This document shows, one piece after another, positions 11,547-21,369 of a DNA stretch of 62,340 bases. The stretch's first letter is position 1. The number at the start of each line of letters is the position of its first letter. The stretch spans positions 1-62,340 of the forward strand of contig CAXXHG010000037.1 in the NCBI GenBank assembly GCA_963666315.2, in the 5' to 3' direction. The notes beneath the pieces were generated by a model. It worked only from the letters and a program-made list of their open reading frames with translations. It was not told the DNA's origin and made no database searches. This DNA is from Candidatus Binatia bacterium. GTDB taxonomy: Bacteria; Desulfobacterota; Binatia; Bin18. A program made the position numbers and the translations under genes.

Positions 11547-11786
11547 ATGGATAAAAAAGCGATTATTGCGGCCAAGCTGGCCGAATGGGAACTTAAGCTC
11601 ACTGACGCTGAGCTTGATCAACTTGTTGTTCCGTATGAAAACCTCTTGCGCTGGCAAGGCATAGTCGAAGGCATGCTCAAGTCGCGCACGCTTGTCGCCG
11701 GCATGCGCATGCCGGAAAGTGAACCGTTACTTATCCATGCCCTGGATAGGGTTGATACAGCGTTCGACAAGACAGGGGGCGCATAA
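11547..11786 (+). CDS. Small amidase-associated protein (GatC/AtzG-like)
   Basis: 79 aa with LKLTDAELDQL...ESEP pattern; stop overlaps the amidase start (TAATG). Confidence 0.5.
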   Translation: MDKKAIIAAKLAEWELKLTDAELDQLVVPYENLLRWQGIVEGMLKSRTLVAGMRMPESEPLLIHALDRVDTAFDKTGGA

Positions 11787-13186
11787 TGACAACCGCACCA
11801 GAACTCGCGTATATGCCGATCTCTGAGCTATCAGGCAAAATCCAGAAGAAAGACATCTCTCCCGTCGAGATCACTCAGGCCATGCTGGCTCGGATTGACG
11901 AACTCGAACCCCAGCTGCATGCCTTCAACATTGTCTTCAAGGACGAGGTGTTAGTAGCCGCCCGGGACGCCGAGGCCGAAATTCAGCGCGGCGACTATCG
12001 TGGTCCGCTGCATGGTGTCCCGATTGGGATTAAGGACATCTATGAGTGTGGTCCGACGACGTGTGGTTCACAAGCGTTGGAAAACTATGTGGCAGAAGAG
12101 GACTGTACGTCGGTTGCCAAGCTCAAAGAAGCCGGAGCCCTGATCCTGGGGAAGACGGCTACCTATGAGTTTGCCTACGGATTTCCCACAAACCAGTCCT
12201 ATTACAAACCCACCCATAACCCCTGGAATCTTGCTCGCGACGCGGGCGGTTCGAGCAGTGGCACGGCAGCCTCTACGGCCGCCGGCATGGCCTACGCCGG
12301 CATGGGCTCGTGCACGGGCGGCTCGATTCGTTGGCCGGCACAGTGCTGTGGCATTGTCGGGCTCAAAGCAACCTATGGGCGGGTGAGTCGGGCAGGCGTG
12401 TATCCACTGTCGTGGAGCCTCGACCATACTGGGCCTCTTACCCGGACGGTTACCGACGCAGCCCTGATGCTGCAAGGCTGTGCCGGCTACGATCCGCTTG
12501 ATCCTGCTTCAGCAAATATTCCCGTTCCAGACTTCACCGCAAAGCTCGGCCGAGACATCACAGGCATCCGCATAGGTCTCTTACGTTCGATCTATGAAGA
12601 CGACTGTGATCCTAAGCTACTTGGCCCATACCATGAAGCGGTAAAAAAGTTCGGGAATCTTGGAGCGGAAATCGTCGACGTTCCGTCTATTACGCTCACC
12701 CAGCTCCAGGCCATTGAATGGCCCGGCTTGTTTGCCGAATGTGCGACTATTCATGTGGACAATATTCGTAACTGTGGAGACAAATATAATCCGCATGCAA
12801 AACTTTTTGCCGCATATGGGCTGCTTGTGAGTGGCACCCAGTATCTCATGGGAGCACAGGTGCGAGCGCAGGTGCGAGACGACTTGCTAAACGCGCTGGA
12901 CAAGAAGGTGGACGTGCTTATGCTTCCGACGTCGGGCTTCCAGATTAATCCGATTGCCGATGAGTCACCGGGATTGAGCATTGTGTCTTCTGACTTTTCG
13001 GTCTACACACCGATTTTCAATTTCACTGGCCTACCGGCCATTCAGGTGCCGTGCGGGTTTGATAGCGACGGACTGCCTGTGGGGTTCCAGATTGCCGGCA
13101 AGCCGTTTGATGAGCAGACCATCTGCCAGGTTGCGTATGCCTATGAGCAGGCCGCTGAGTGGCATACCCAGCATCCGGAGCTGTAG
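11786..13186 (+). CDS. Amidase-signature family enzyme
   Basis: PLHGVPIGIKD, GGSSSG, GSCTGGSIRWPA, GLPVGFQIAG. Confidence 0.92.
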   Translation: MTTAPELAYMPISELSGKIQKKDISPVEITQAMLARIDELEPQLHAFNIVFKDEVLVAARDAEAEIQRGDYRGPLHGVPIGIKDIYECGPTTCGSQALENYVAEEDCTSVAKLKEAGALILGKTATYEFAYGFPTNQSYYKPTHNPWNLARDAGGSSSGTAASTAAGMAYAGMGSCTGGSIRWPAQCCGIVGLKATYGRVSRAGVYPLSWSLDHTGPLTRTVTDAALMLQGCAGYDPLDPASANIPVPDFTAKLGRDITGIRIGLLRSIYEDDCDPKLLGPYHEAVKKFGNLGAEIVDVPSITLTQLQAIEWPGLFAECATIHVDNIRNCGDKYNPHAKLFAAYGLLVSGTQYLMGAQVRAQVRDDLLNALDKKVDVLMLPTSGFQINPIADESPGLSIVSSDFSVYTPIFNFTGLPAIQVPCGFDSDGLPVGFQIAGKPFDEQTICQVAYAYEQAAEWHTQHPEL

Positions 13187-13210
13187 AATCGTACTTAGAG
13201 GCTAAAGGAG

Positions 13211-13239
13211 AGCGGGGGAAGGGGGCAACTTCCCCCGCT
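13211..13239 (+). terminator. Hairpin downstream of amidase
   Basis: AGCGGGGGAAG-N7-CTTCCCCCGCT 11-bp stem; no U tract. Confidence 0.45.
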
Positions 13240-13274
13240 AGAGGGATGAGGAAGGACGACTTACACGTATATAT

Positions 13275-13312
13275 TCAGACGCGCAGGCACCAATCAGACG
13301 CGCAGGCACCAA
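13275..13312. repeat. Perfect 19-bp tandem duplication
   Basis: TCAGACGCGCAGGCACCAA x2. Confidence 0.9.
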
Positions 13313-13953
13313 AAAAATTCACCAGACTTTGCACGAGACCTTGAAAGATAAAACGCGACGAGTGGTTTTGGCGAGTGCCAGATATTTCTCCCTTTCCAGT
13401 CTGCTTTGGATCCCTGAAAAATACGAAGAATATCAATGCATTGTATGAAACAATGGGGTTGCTATGGGACGAATAGCGCTCCGAACTATTTCTTCTTTTT
13501 CTTTTTCTTCCCCGGTTTCTTCTCTTCGCCCTCTTTCGGTGGTGGAGGGTTATAGATGTTCTGGGCCGTTCGCATACAGCCCTGCGGCGACCCGCTTATG
13601 GCGTGCCCACTCATTCTCATACAGCCAGGTGGGCACTTCACCTTTTTTTTCGGGCAACCGAGACTATCGTATTGAGATAGCGCTGTGCTGCGTTGAGTTG
13701 CGGAACAGTATCACTCCGGATGAACCGACGCAGAGAGGCCGCTTTGATACACGGTCCCTCGGCTTCCCAGGCCATGGCCCGCTCTTCCATGGCTTCTAGC
13801 TCGACCACAGGCTCGTTGTCGTCAGCCGACTCCCAGAGTGCTCCAGCCTGAACGAGATCTGTCCACAGCAGCGCAAGAGCAAGGACCAGGGGCAAACGGA
13901 AAACAGCGATACCAACCTCATGGCGAGAGTATCGGCTGTTTCGGCGGCAGGCT

Positions 13954-15241
13954 TTACCGTAACCGCAGTCCGTAGTCCTTAATTTTCTTTTGTAACATTT
14001 GTCGACTGATCCCCAGCACTTTTGCCGTTTGGACCGCATTCCCCTGATGCTGGCGGAGCATCTCCGCGGCCGATCAGGTGCGTCACCAGGAGGGGGATAT
14101 CTTCTCGCGGCTCTCGGAGTGGAGGGATAGGAATATCCAAAACGTTGAGACGATAGTATAAATCTTCACGAGACTGTTTGTGGCGTACGGCTTGGATGAG
14201 GTCCCGGTTTGTCGCCGAAATGATCCGTACATCGACATGCCGAAGCTGTGTGTCCCCCACGCGGCGGATCTCGCCCTCTTGCAGTACCCGTACGAGCTTC
14301 ACCTGCAGGGCGGCTGACATTTCGCTGATCTCATCGAGAAAAATCGTCCCACCATCAGCAACCTCAAATAGGCCAACCTTATCCGCCACCGCATCCGTAA
14401 ACGCTCCTTTCCTATGCCCAAACAGTTCGCTTTCGAGCAGGGCGTCTTGGAAAGCCCCGCAATTGACAGTGACAAAAGGCCGCTCCTGGCGGGGGCCGTT
14501 GTGATGAATCGCCTGAGCAACCAACTCCTTGCCCGTCCCGGTCTCACCTTGGAGCAGGACCGTAATCGACGACGGCAGCGCACTCTCCATGAGGCTGAAA
14601 ACCCGCCGTATCGCCGCGCTGTTGCCGAGGATTTCAGTAAAGTGTCGCGACTGCGCGATTTCCCGCTGGAGCGTTGCAACCTCCTGCTTGAGGCGTGCCG
14701 CTGATTGCCGCGTCTGTTGGTATAAGCGTGCGTTCTCAATCGCAATCGCAATTGAGCCGGACAGCGCGTGCAGAAAGGTGAGGTCTTCCTGAGTAAAACA
14801 CTCTCTCAGCTTATTCCTGAGCTGAACGACGCCGATCGTTCCAGACCGCGTTCGGAGTGGGGCACACAGCAGCTCTCTCGTACGTGCCTTGGTCTGTTTA
14901 TCAACGTCTGCATAAAAGCGCGGATCCTGGGCCACGTCAGGGACAAGGAGCGGTTGTTCATTTTTCAATACCTAGCCTGCTATGCCCCGATCTGCGGGGA
15001 AGCGGATCGCGTCAAAACGTTTACCCCGCTCTCGGCTCACATCGACCATGACCGGGAAATACAGCTCATCGCGCTCACTGTCTAAGAGGAGAACGGCGCA
15101 GCTTTCCGCCTCAAGAACGCTATTTGTTCTGGCTATAATGACAGACAGCAACTCCTCTAAGTCCGCCAGGGTGCTGAACGCCTGACTGAGCTCCAAAAGG
15201 AGGGATAACCGCTTGGTATTTTCTCGCTCCTGCCGTCCCAT
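13954..15241 (-). pseudogene. GAF + sigma54 AAA+ + Fis-HTH activator pseudogene
   Basis: GAF domain with in-frame TAG at 14972-14974 (GIAG*V); GETGTGKE and GAFTDA motifs; the WPGNVREL region is deleted at ~14070, followed by an out-of-frame HTH (HQGNAVQTAKVLGISRQMLQKKIKDYGL). Confidence 0.85.
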
Positions 15242-15680
15242 ACACGATCTTTTACAAATCTGCTCCTCATCGTCAAACAGCCGCATTCAGTGATCTGTAC
15301 CAGGCCGCCGAGAGCAGCCGTATTATGGGTGATGTATTGATAGCAATCCTTCGGCCCTTTCCAGTCGCTGCCGAAATTTGTAAAGACCGCGAAGAGCAGA
15401 GTATTTCAGCCGGACGGTTCATCACCGGACTGTTTATCAAATTGACCGGTTTAGACATCCTAAAAAAAGGTGCCCGAATTTATACAGAAAAGGTTGCATA
15501 ATTTGAATTTGAAAGATAAGGATGACGCGGGTTTAAGCCCGGGACCTTTTGGTTGACCTTGCGATTGAACCTGAAAAACACTGGTATGAGCGAGCCCGAA
15601 GCATGGCATGTCATGTCTGCCGTAGCCAGACGATTCGGGATTCTCGTTTGACTCGCATGACGCATTGAGGAGCTGGATGT

Positions 15681-17828
15681 ATGGCTGCAACACGGCCGCG
15701 CACTCGTAGAGATAAATACTGGATCGCCCTCGACGCCGGCGGAACCTTGACTGATACGGTCATCGTGGACACGCAGGGCCGGTTTCTGGTCGGGAAGAGT
15801 CTGACCAACAAACAAGATGAATCACAAAGCTTCTTAAGCTCGATCAAGGACGGCGTTGCCAGCGACAGCCGCTCCGTCGACGAAACATTGGGCAAGAGTG
15901 ACGTGATCGTGTATGCGGGCACGATCATGCTGAATACGTTGCTAAGTAAGACGGGTGCCAAGGTCGGCCTGATGGTCAGCCAAGGCTTCGAAGACTACCT
16001 CCTGATGGAGAAGGGCGAAGGCGGTTGGATCAGTTATCCCTATACCGACCGGCTGCATACCGTGACCCACCATCACGAAGATCCCGTTATTCCGCGCAGT
16101 CGTATCGTCGGGGTGCAGGGTAGGCTGGACATGTTCGGCGCCGAGGTCATTCCGCTGCGTCAGAAGGATGTTGAAGAGCAAACGAAAGTACTGATCAAGG
16201 CCGGGGTCGAATCGATTGCCATAATGTTTCTCTTTTCGCACATGAACCCGGCCCATGAACAGCTGGCGAAAAAGATCATCCGACGCATCAACAAAACGAT
16301 CCCGCTCGTGCTGTCTTCAGAGATTGCCCCGACACATAAGGAATATACGCGCCTGGCGAGTGTCGTTGCGCAAGCCTATGCCGGAGCGCGCGCGCGGGTA
16401 CACTTCCAGAAGGTCGAAAAGACGGCTCATAGTCATGGCTTCGACAAAGAGGTGTCTACTTTGCTGGCGCATGGCGGCACGGTCCCGATCAGCACCAAAC
16501 GCCTGTACGAATCATATGTATCGGGACCCGTGGGCGGCGTGTTGGGCTGCCATTACATCGGCGAGATTATCGGCTCCGGCAATGTCGTCGGCTGCGATAT
16601 CGGTGGGACCAGCTTCGATGTCGGGATCATCCGCGACGGTATTATCCCCATCGTGCGGGAACCGACTTTGCTCAGTTTCCGCACGAATATTCCCATGATC
16701 CACACCGAATCGATCGGTGCCGGCATGGGCTCGGAGTTGGGCGTCCATCCTTTGACCGGCAAACTGACCGTCGGACCAAAAAGCGCGGGTTCGGACGTCG
16801 GCTGTTGCCTGAATTGGAACGTGCCCACCATCACCGACTGCCATATTCTGCTGGGGTATTTGAATCCCAACAATTTTTTGGGCGGCGATGTGCCTTTAGA
16901 TCTTGATAAAGCCGTCAAGGCGCTCGAGCCCATAGCCCGGAATTTCAAGACTCAGGTGTATGAGTTCGCCGAGCGCGCGCATTTGCTGGTGTGCGATTAT
17001 ATGCGCGAATTTCTGGTGAATATGTTGCGCGGTCGTGGTTATGATACGCGGGACTACACCATGCTGATGTATGGCGGAGGCGGGCCGTTAGGGCTGGCCG
17101 ACGTAGTCGAGGACCTTGAGATGAAAGACATCATCAGCTTCCCATTCGCGGCGGTGTTTTCGGCATTTGGTGTCCTGTGTGCACCGCGCCGGTATCGTTA
17201 CCACCAAAGTATCGTCGCCGCGTGTCCGCCTGGCGACGCGCCGCACGTACAGGAAACGAAAGGGCTTGCGCTCGAAGCTATTAACACTGCGTGGCTGCAG
17301 TTAGAAGTGCGTGCGCGCGCTGACTTCAAGCAGCACGGCTGGGACATGAAAGACGCCCATCTTTCACGCGCGGCCTACGTCCGCTTCACCAACCAGCTGT
17401 CGGACTTTGAGGTGCTGTGGGATACCCCCAGACTAGAATCCGTCGATGACGTGGATGAGTTGATGAAACGATTCGAACACGTCTACACGACTATTTATCC
17501 GGAGCAGGCGATGTATTCAGAGGTCGGTTTCCAGATTCTGGAAGTCGCCTTGACGGCAGAGGTTGCGACCCCGAAACCAGTCATACCGGAGCTGAGGACG
17601 GCAGGCAAGAAACCATCATCGGCTGCTGAGAAAGGAGCCCGCAGAGTGTACTACCGTGGCAAGAACAAAGAATTTCGCGTGTACGAAATGGACGAACTAC
17701 GAGCCGGCAATGTCGTCAACGGGCCGGGGATCATTGAGCATCCCGCGACGACCTTCTATATCCCGCCGGGCCGGCATGTCGCCTTCGACAACCGTCGCAT
17801 CATCCACTATCGCCGCGGCGTGCAGTGA
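15681..17828 (+). CDS. acxA: Hydantoinase A / acetone carboxylase beta subunit-like protein
   Basis: LDAGGTLTD, SGPVGGVLG, DIGGTSFDV, YGGGGPL, GPGIIEHPATTF. Confidence 0.8.
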   Translation: MAATRPRTRRDKYWIALDAGGTLTDTVIVDTQGRFLVGKSLTNKQDESQSFLSSIKDGVASDSRSVDETLGKSDVIVYAGTIMLNTLLSKTGAKVGLMVSQGFEDYLLMEKGEGGWISYPYTDRLHTVTHHHEDPVIPRSRIVGVQGRLDMFGAEVIPLRQKDVEEQTKVLIKAGVESIAIMFLFSHMNPAHEQLAKKIIRRINKTIPLVLSSEIAPTHKEYTRLASVVAQAYAGARARVHFQKVEKTAHSHGFDKEVSTLLAHGGTVPISTKRLYESYVSGPVGGVLGCHYIGEIIGSGNVVGCDIGGTSFDVGIIRDGIIPIVREPTLLSFRTNIPMIHTESIGAGMGSELGVHPLTGKLTVGPKSAGSDVGCCLNWNVPTITDCHILLGYLNPNNFLGGDVPLDLDKAVKALEPIARNFKTQVYEFAERAHLLVCDYMREFLVNMLRGRGYDTRDYTMLMYGGGGPLGLADVVEDLEMKDIISFPFAAVFSAFGVLCAPRRYRYHQSIVAACPPGDAPHVQETKGLALEAINTAWLQLEVRARADFKQHGWDMKDAHLSRAAYVRFTNQLSDFEVLWDTPRLESVDDVDELMKRFEHVYTTIYPEQAMYSEVGFQILEVALTAEVATPKPVIPELRTAGKKPSSAAEKGARRVYYRGKNKEFRVYEMDELRAGNVVNGPGIIEHPATTFYIPPGRHVAFDNRRIIHYRRGVQ

Positions 17829-17856
17829 GGGCGCCGCGCAACAGGAAGCATCGACC

Positions 17857-20100
17857 ATGCCTATGAAAAGGACTACACATTTGACTCTGCTCGAACAGTT
17901 GGACCTGTCCGAAAAGCTCTATGAAGAAACGGGTCATTACCAAGGTCTGAAGAAACTCGCGCTGCACGACAAAGATCCCCTGACGTTCGAGGCGTTTCAC
18001 TCGCGCCTGATGTCCACTGTCATCTCTGTGCGCGAAACGATGAAGCATATTGCATCCTCGCCCGCGATTCGCGATTTCGAGGAATTCGTCATCGGCATCT
18101 ATACCCCAGAGGGCGATGCCGTCGCTTTGTCCACCGGCATCATGGTGCACGTCCACACCTTGTCGGAATTCATCAAATTCATAATCCGCAATAACTACGA
18201 AGATGATCCGAAGATCCGGCCGGGGGATATATTCGAGAACAACGAATCCTGGGCGGGCGGGGTGCACACACCCGACGTCATGACTTTGATCCCCATGTTT
18301 TACAAGGGGGAAGTAATCTGCTGGATCGGATCGGTATCCCACGAGCTCGAAGCCGGGACCTATGAAGGGCCGGGGATGACTGTTTTCTCACCAGACCGCT
18401 TCGGCGAAGGATTACATATCAGCGCCGAGAAAGTGGGCGAGAACGATCAGTTCCGCAAGGATTATCTTATCCGTTTGAAACTCAATCTGCGCAACTCGAA
18501 CTGGTGGACGCTGGATGACAAGGCCAAGCTTTCCGGCTGCCTCATGATCCGGGACGCTCTTCACAAGGCGATCGCTAAGTTCGGCCTCGATTACTACAAA
18601 CAAGGGATCCGGGAACTCATTGAGGAAGGCCGGCGTAACTTCGTCAAACGCGTGAAGACCACCATGGTCCCCGGGACCTACCGCGGTCTGACTATGCCGG
18701 TGCATAAGCGCTCGCATATTCCGTCGACCCACCCGCTGGCCCGCAGTGATTTCATCGACCTGGTCCACAACGACATGACCGTGACGAAAGAGGGGCATAT
18801 CGAGCTTGATTTCGAAGGGAGTACCGGCTGGAGTTTCCATCCCTTTAACTGCGCGGTCGGACCCATGAACGGTGGCTTCTGGATCACCCTGACGCAGCTG
18901 CTCAATTACGACGGACGGGTGAACGACGGGGCCTATCTCGCGGTCAAACAATATCTGCCCGAAGGGTCGATCGTGAACGCAAATTATGCGGGTGCCGCGA
19001 CGTCACTTGCCTGGTGGACCTTGATCCCGATCTTTGGGAATGTCTGGCGCATGATGGGGATCAGCTGGTTCGCACGCGGCTTCCTTGAAGAGATCATCAT
19101 GTCGACACCGACGTGCATCGTCGGTGTGGCCGGATTCGACCAATACGGTCATCATACTGGGTATCAGAATTTCGAAATGGCGGCGGAAAGTTTCGGTGCA
19201 CGCGGCGTCGACGACGGCATGGATTGCGGCAGTCCCATCTGGAACTCCGAAGGCGTACAGGGCGACGCGGAGGTGTGGGAGCTGACCGGCCCAAACGTGT
19301 ATATAGGCCGCGCCTTTACCCCCAATCACCATGGCCCCGGCCGCTTTCGCGGCAGTAGTGCCTGGGAGTCGTTGTGGATCGTGCGCGGTTCGCGCTTCGT
19401 TCACGTGACCTTATCAGCCTCCGGGGCACATAACGGCGGCATTTTTCACAAGGGTCTGTTCGGTGGGTATCCCGCACCTGGTTGGAAGTGTCTGTGGGCG
19501 CGCGGGGTGAACCTGCAGGAAATGGCAGCGCGAGACGAGCGCATACCGCGCAGTGTCAATGAAGCCGAAGCCATGCTGAAAGACGGCCGCGTCAAGGCTG
19601 AGGAATGGTATTGTGGTCCGCTTAACGCCTGGTCGCCGAATCTCTCCGACGGTGACTTGTTCGGGGTGATGTACTCGAGCGGGCCAGGCTATGGTGACCC
19701 CATCGAGCGCGAGCATGCGCGTATCGAGAAAGATTTAGCAAACGGTCTCATCACGCCGAACTTCGCGCGCAAGGCCTATGGCTACGCGAAGAGTGTAGCC
19801 AAGACCGAAGAGAACCGGGCGAAGATCCGGGCGCAGCGCCTTGAAGAATCGGTGCCCGCCTCGCAGTGGTGGCGCGCAGAGCGCAAGCGTGCACGTGTGG
19901 GCGATGTCGGCAAACTCGTTTCCGAGACCTTCGCCCGCTCCGTGCGGATGTCGGATAAGATCAAGGATATGTATCTCGATTTTTGGCAGCTTAAGAAATT
20001 CCCTTACACCGATACCGGGACGATCGATTTCCATACTGAATCTCCGACCGGCTTTTACTACCCAAAGTCGCCACAGAAGCCGTACAAGAAAGCGGTGTAG
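17857..20100 (+). CDS. acxB: Hydantoinase B / acetone carboxylase alpha subunit-like protein
   Basis: STGIMVHVHT, GGVHTPDV, SVSHELE, GDAEVWE, GPGYGDPIER. Confidence 0.8.
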   Translation: MPMKRTTHLTLLEQLDLSEKLYEETGHYQGLKKLALHDKDPLTFEAFHSRLMSTVISVRETMKHIASSPAIRDFEEFVIGIYTPEGDAVALSTGIMVHVHTLSEFIKFIIRNNYEDDPKIRPGDIFENNESWAGGVHTPDVMTLIPMFYKGEVICWIGSVSHELEAGTYEGPGMTVFSPDRFGEGLHISAEKVGENDQFRKDYLIRLKLNLRNSNWWTLDDKAKLSGCLMIRDALHKAIAKFGLDYYKQGIRELIEEGRRNFVKRVKTTMVPGTYRGLTMPVHKRSHIPSTHPLARSDFIDLVHNDMTVTKEGHIELDFEGSTGWSFHPFNCAVGPMNGGFWITLTQLLNYDGRVNDGAYLAVKQYLPEGSIVNANYAGAATSLAWWTLIPIFGNVWRMMGISWFARGFLEEIIMSTPTCIVGVAGFDQYGHHTGYQNFEMAAESFGARGVDDGMDCGSPIWNSEGVQGDAEVWELTGPNVYIGRAFTPNHHGPGRFRGSSAWESLWIVRGSRFVHVTLSASGAHNGGIFHKGLFGGYPAPGWKCLWARGVNLQEMAARDERIPRSVNEAEAMLKDGRVKAEEWYCGPLNAWSPNLSDGDLFGVMYSSGPGYGDPIEREHARIEKDLANGLITPNFARKAYGYAKSVAKTEENRAKIRAQRLEESVPASQWWRAERKRARVGDVGKLVSETFARSVRMSDKIKDMYLDFWQLKKFPYTDTGTIDFHTESPTGFYYPKSPQKPYKKAV

Positions 20101-20111
20101 GGGGTAGCCAT

Positions 20112-20621
20112 ATGTCGAAGGAAACACAAACCAGCCAAGAGGTCACCCGTTCATTGGTGCACCGCGAACTCGCGTGGCCCGATTTGTTTAAACTCATGCG
20201 GGATCCGAAATCTCCGGATCGTTTCGACGAAATGATTGCCGCTCGGCAGGCGATGGTCCCGTGGAAAAACCGCATCCTGCTCCCGCTCGGCGAGAACCTG
20301 TTTATCGTGGCCAAGAACGGAAAGGCGATCATCAAAACTCTAGCTGGCGCAGAGCTGTGCGCGTGGAACGAGAATTGGAAGATGCAATGTCGCGTGCGTA
20401 TCAGAAAGAACACTGCCGATTTCAACAAGATCTTTCCGCCCGAGCACATGACCATCGATCCCGAATTGGTTGAAATCCGCGAATGGATTTGCCCCAAGAG
20501 CGGGATGCTGCTCGACGTTGACTGTGTCCCCCCGACGTATCCGGTGGAGATCGATTTCACCCCGGACTTGGAGGCGTTTTACTCAGATTGGTTGGGGCGT
20601 AAGCTGCCCGTCAGGCTTTGA
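20112..20621 (+). CDS. acxC: Acetone carboxylase gamma subunit-like protein
   Basis: PKSPDRFD, RILLPLGENLFIV, NWK, IREWICP, PPTYPVEIDFTPDLEAFYSDWLG. Confidence 0.75.
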   Translation: MSKETQTSQEVTRSLVHRELAWPDLFKLMRDPKSPDRFDEMIAARQAMVPWKNRILLPLGENLFIVAKNGKAIIKTLAGAELCAWNENWKMQCRVRIRKNTADFNKIFPPEHMTIDPELVEIREWICPKSGMLLDVDCVPPTYPVEIDFTPDLEAFYSDWLGRKLPVRL

Positions 20622-20853
20622 CTTGACCGCCCAAGCTAGGGCGATGCGGCGCTACCTGGCTAAACAATCTGTGGTCTCAAATCTCTCCCGGCACGTAAGC
20701 AGGAGAGGCCGGAGGGAAGCAAGATATGCCGACTATACGACTTGGGGCGCGCGCCTGTGTATTAGGAATACTTACGCTCAGCTGGCTCGGGTTCGCCTCG
20801 CCTCACTCAGTGTGGGCTCAGGCGACCCTGGAGAATCCACCGCCGGGATCATT

Positions 20854-21129
20854 TCAGAGTGGGATTGGGGTGGTCTCGACATGCTGCCGGCCATAATCCG
20901 GTGCAATCTCGGCCACGAAGACTGCCAGTGTCTCCGCCGGTACTGAGAATCTGAGGCAGCCAGACGCACCGATATATTGCGTATGCACACCCTGCTGAGC
21001 CAATTCCGACCAGTGGACGGTCTGCCTCGCTGTTACCGGCATGGGTGCGGCAACCGGGTGTACTACCGTTCCGCCGCAACCAGCCACACATAACGCGAGC
21101 AGGCCATACACGAGCAGGTGGAGACTCAT
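20854..21129 (-). CDS. Small putative lipoprotein (possibly a fragment)
   Basis: MSLHLLVYGLLALCVAGC lipobox-like N-terminus. Confidence 0.35.
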   Translation of the reverse strand: MSLHLLVYGLLALCVAGCGGTVVHPVAAPMPVTARQTVHWSELAQQGVHTQYIGASGCLRFSVPAETLAVFVAEIAPDYGRQHVETTPIPL

Positions 21130-21291
21130 ACGGACTACTTAGCAACGCGCACGGCGCCGGTGCAAGGTGAACAGGCTGTACTACGCTCCATCATTTCTTT
21201 TGGTACAGGCCGAGATCGGAAGCCTCGACAGTGATGCTACTCGTGGTTGCCCCGATCAGGGGAGGCCGCGCAGCGGAAAGCCCAACGGAAA

Positions 21292-21319
21292 CCGCCCGGG
21301 GAGGAGGGACCCCGGGCGG
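21292..21319 (-). terminator. Terminator-like hairpin after S8 gene
   Basis: CCGCCCGGGG/CCCCGGGCGG stem followed by TTT on the minus strand. Confidence 0.5.
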
Positions 21320-21369
21320 GCAAGCAACCTGCGGAGGGAAGCAGGTCACGGAGTGAAGGGCATGAGCCC

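Noticed and set aside
15580-15625. Sigma54 promoter for the acx operon (TGGCATG...CTGC)
   Set aside because: GG-to-GC spacing is not 10 nt.
20672-20695. tRNA 3'-end-like TCTCTCCCGGCA as attL of element A
   Set aside because: Match is only about 9-12 nt, and it is the wrong half for the inferred 5'-half integration.
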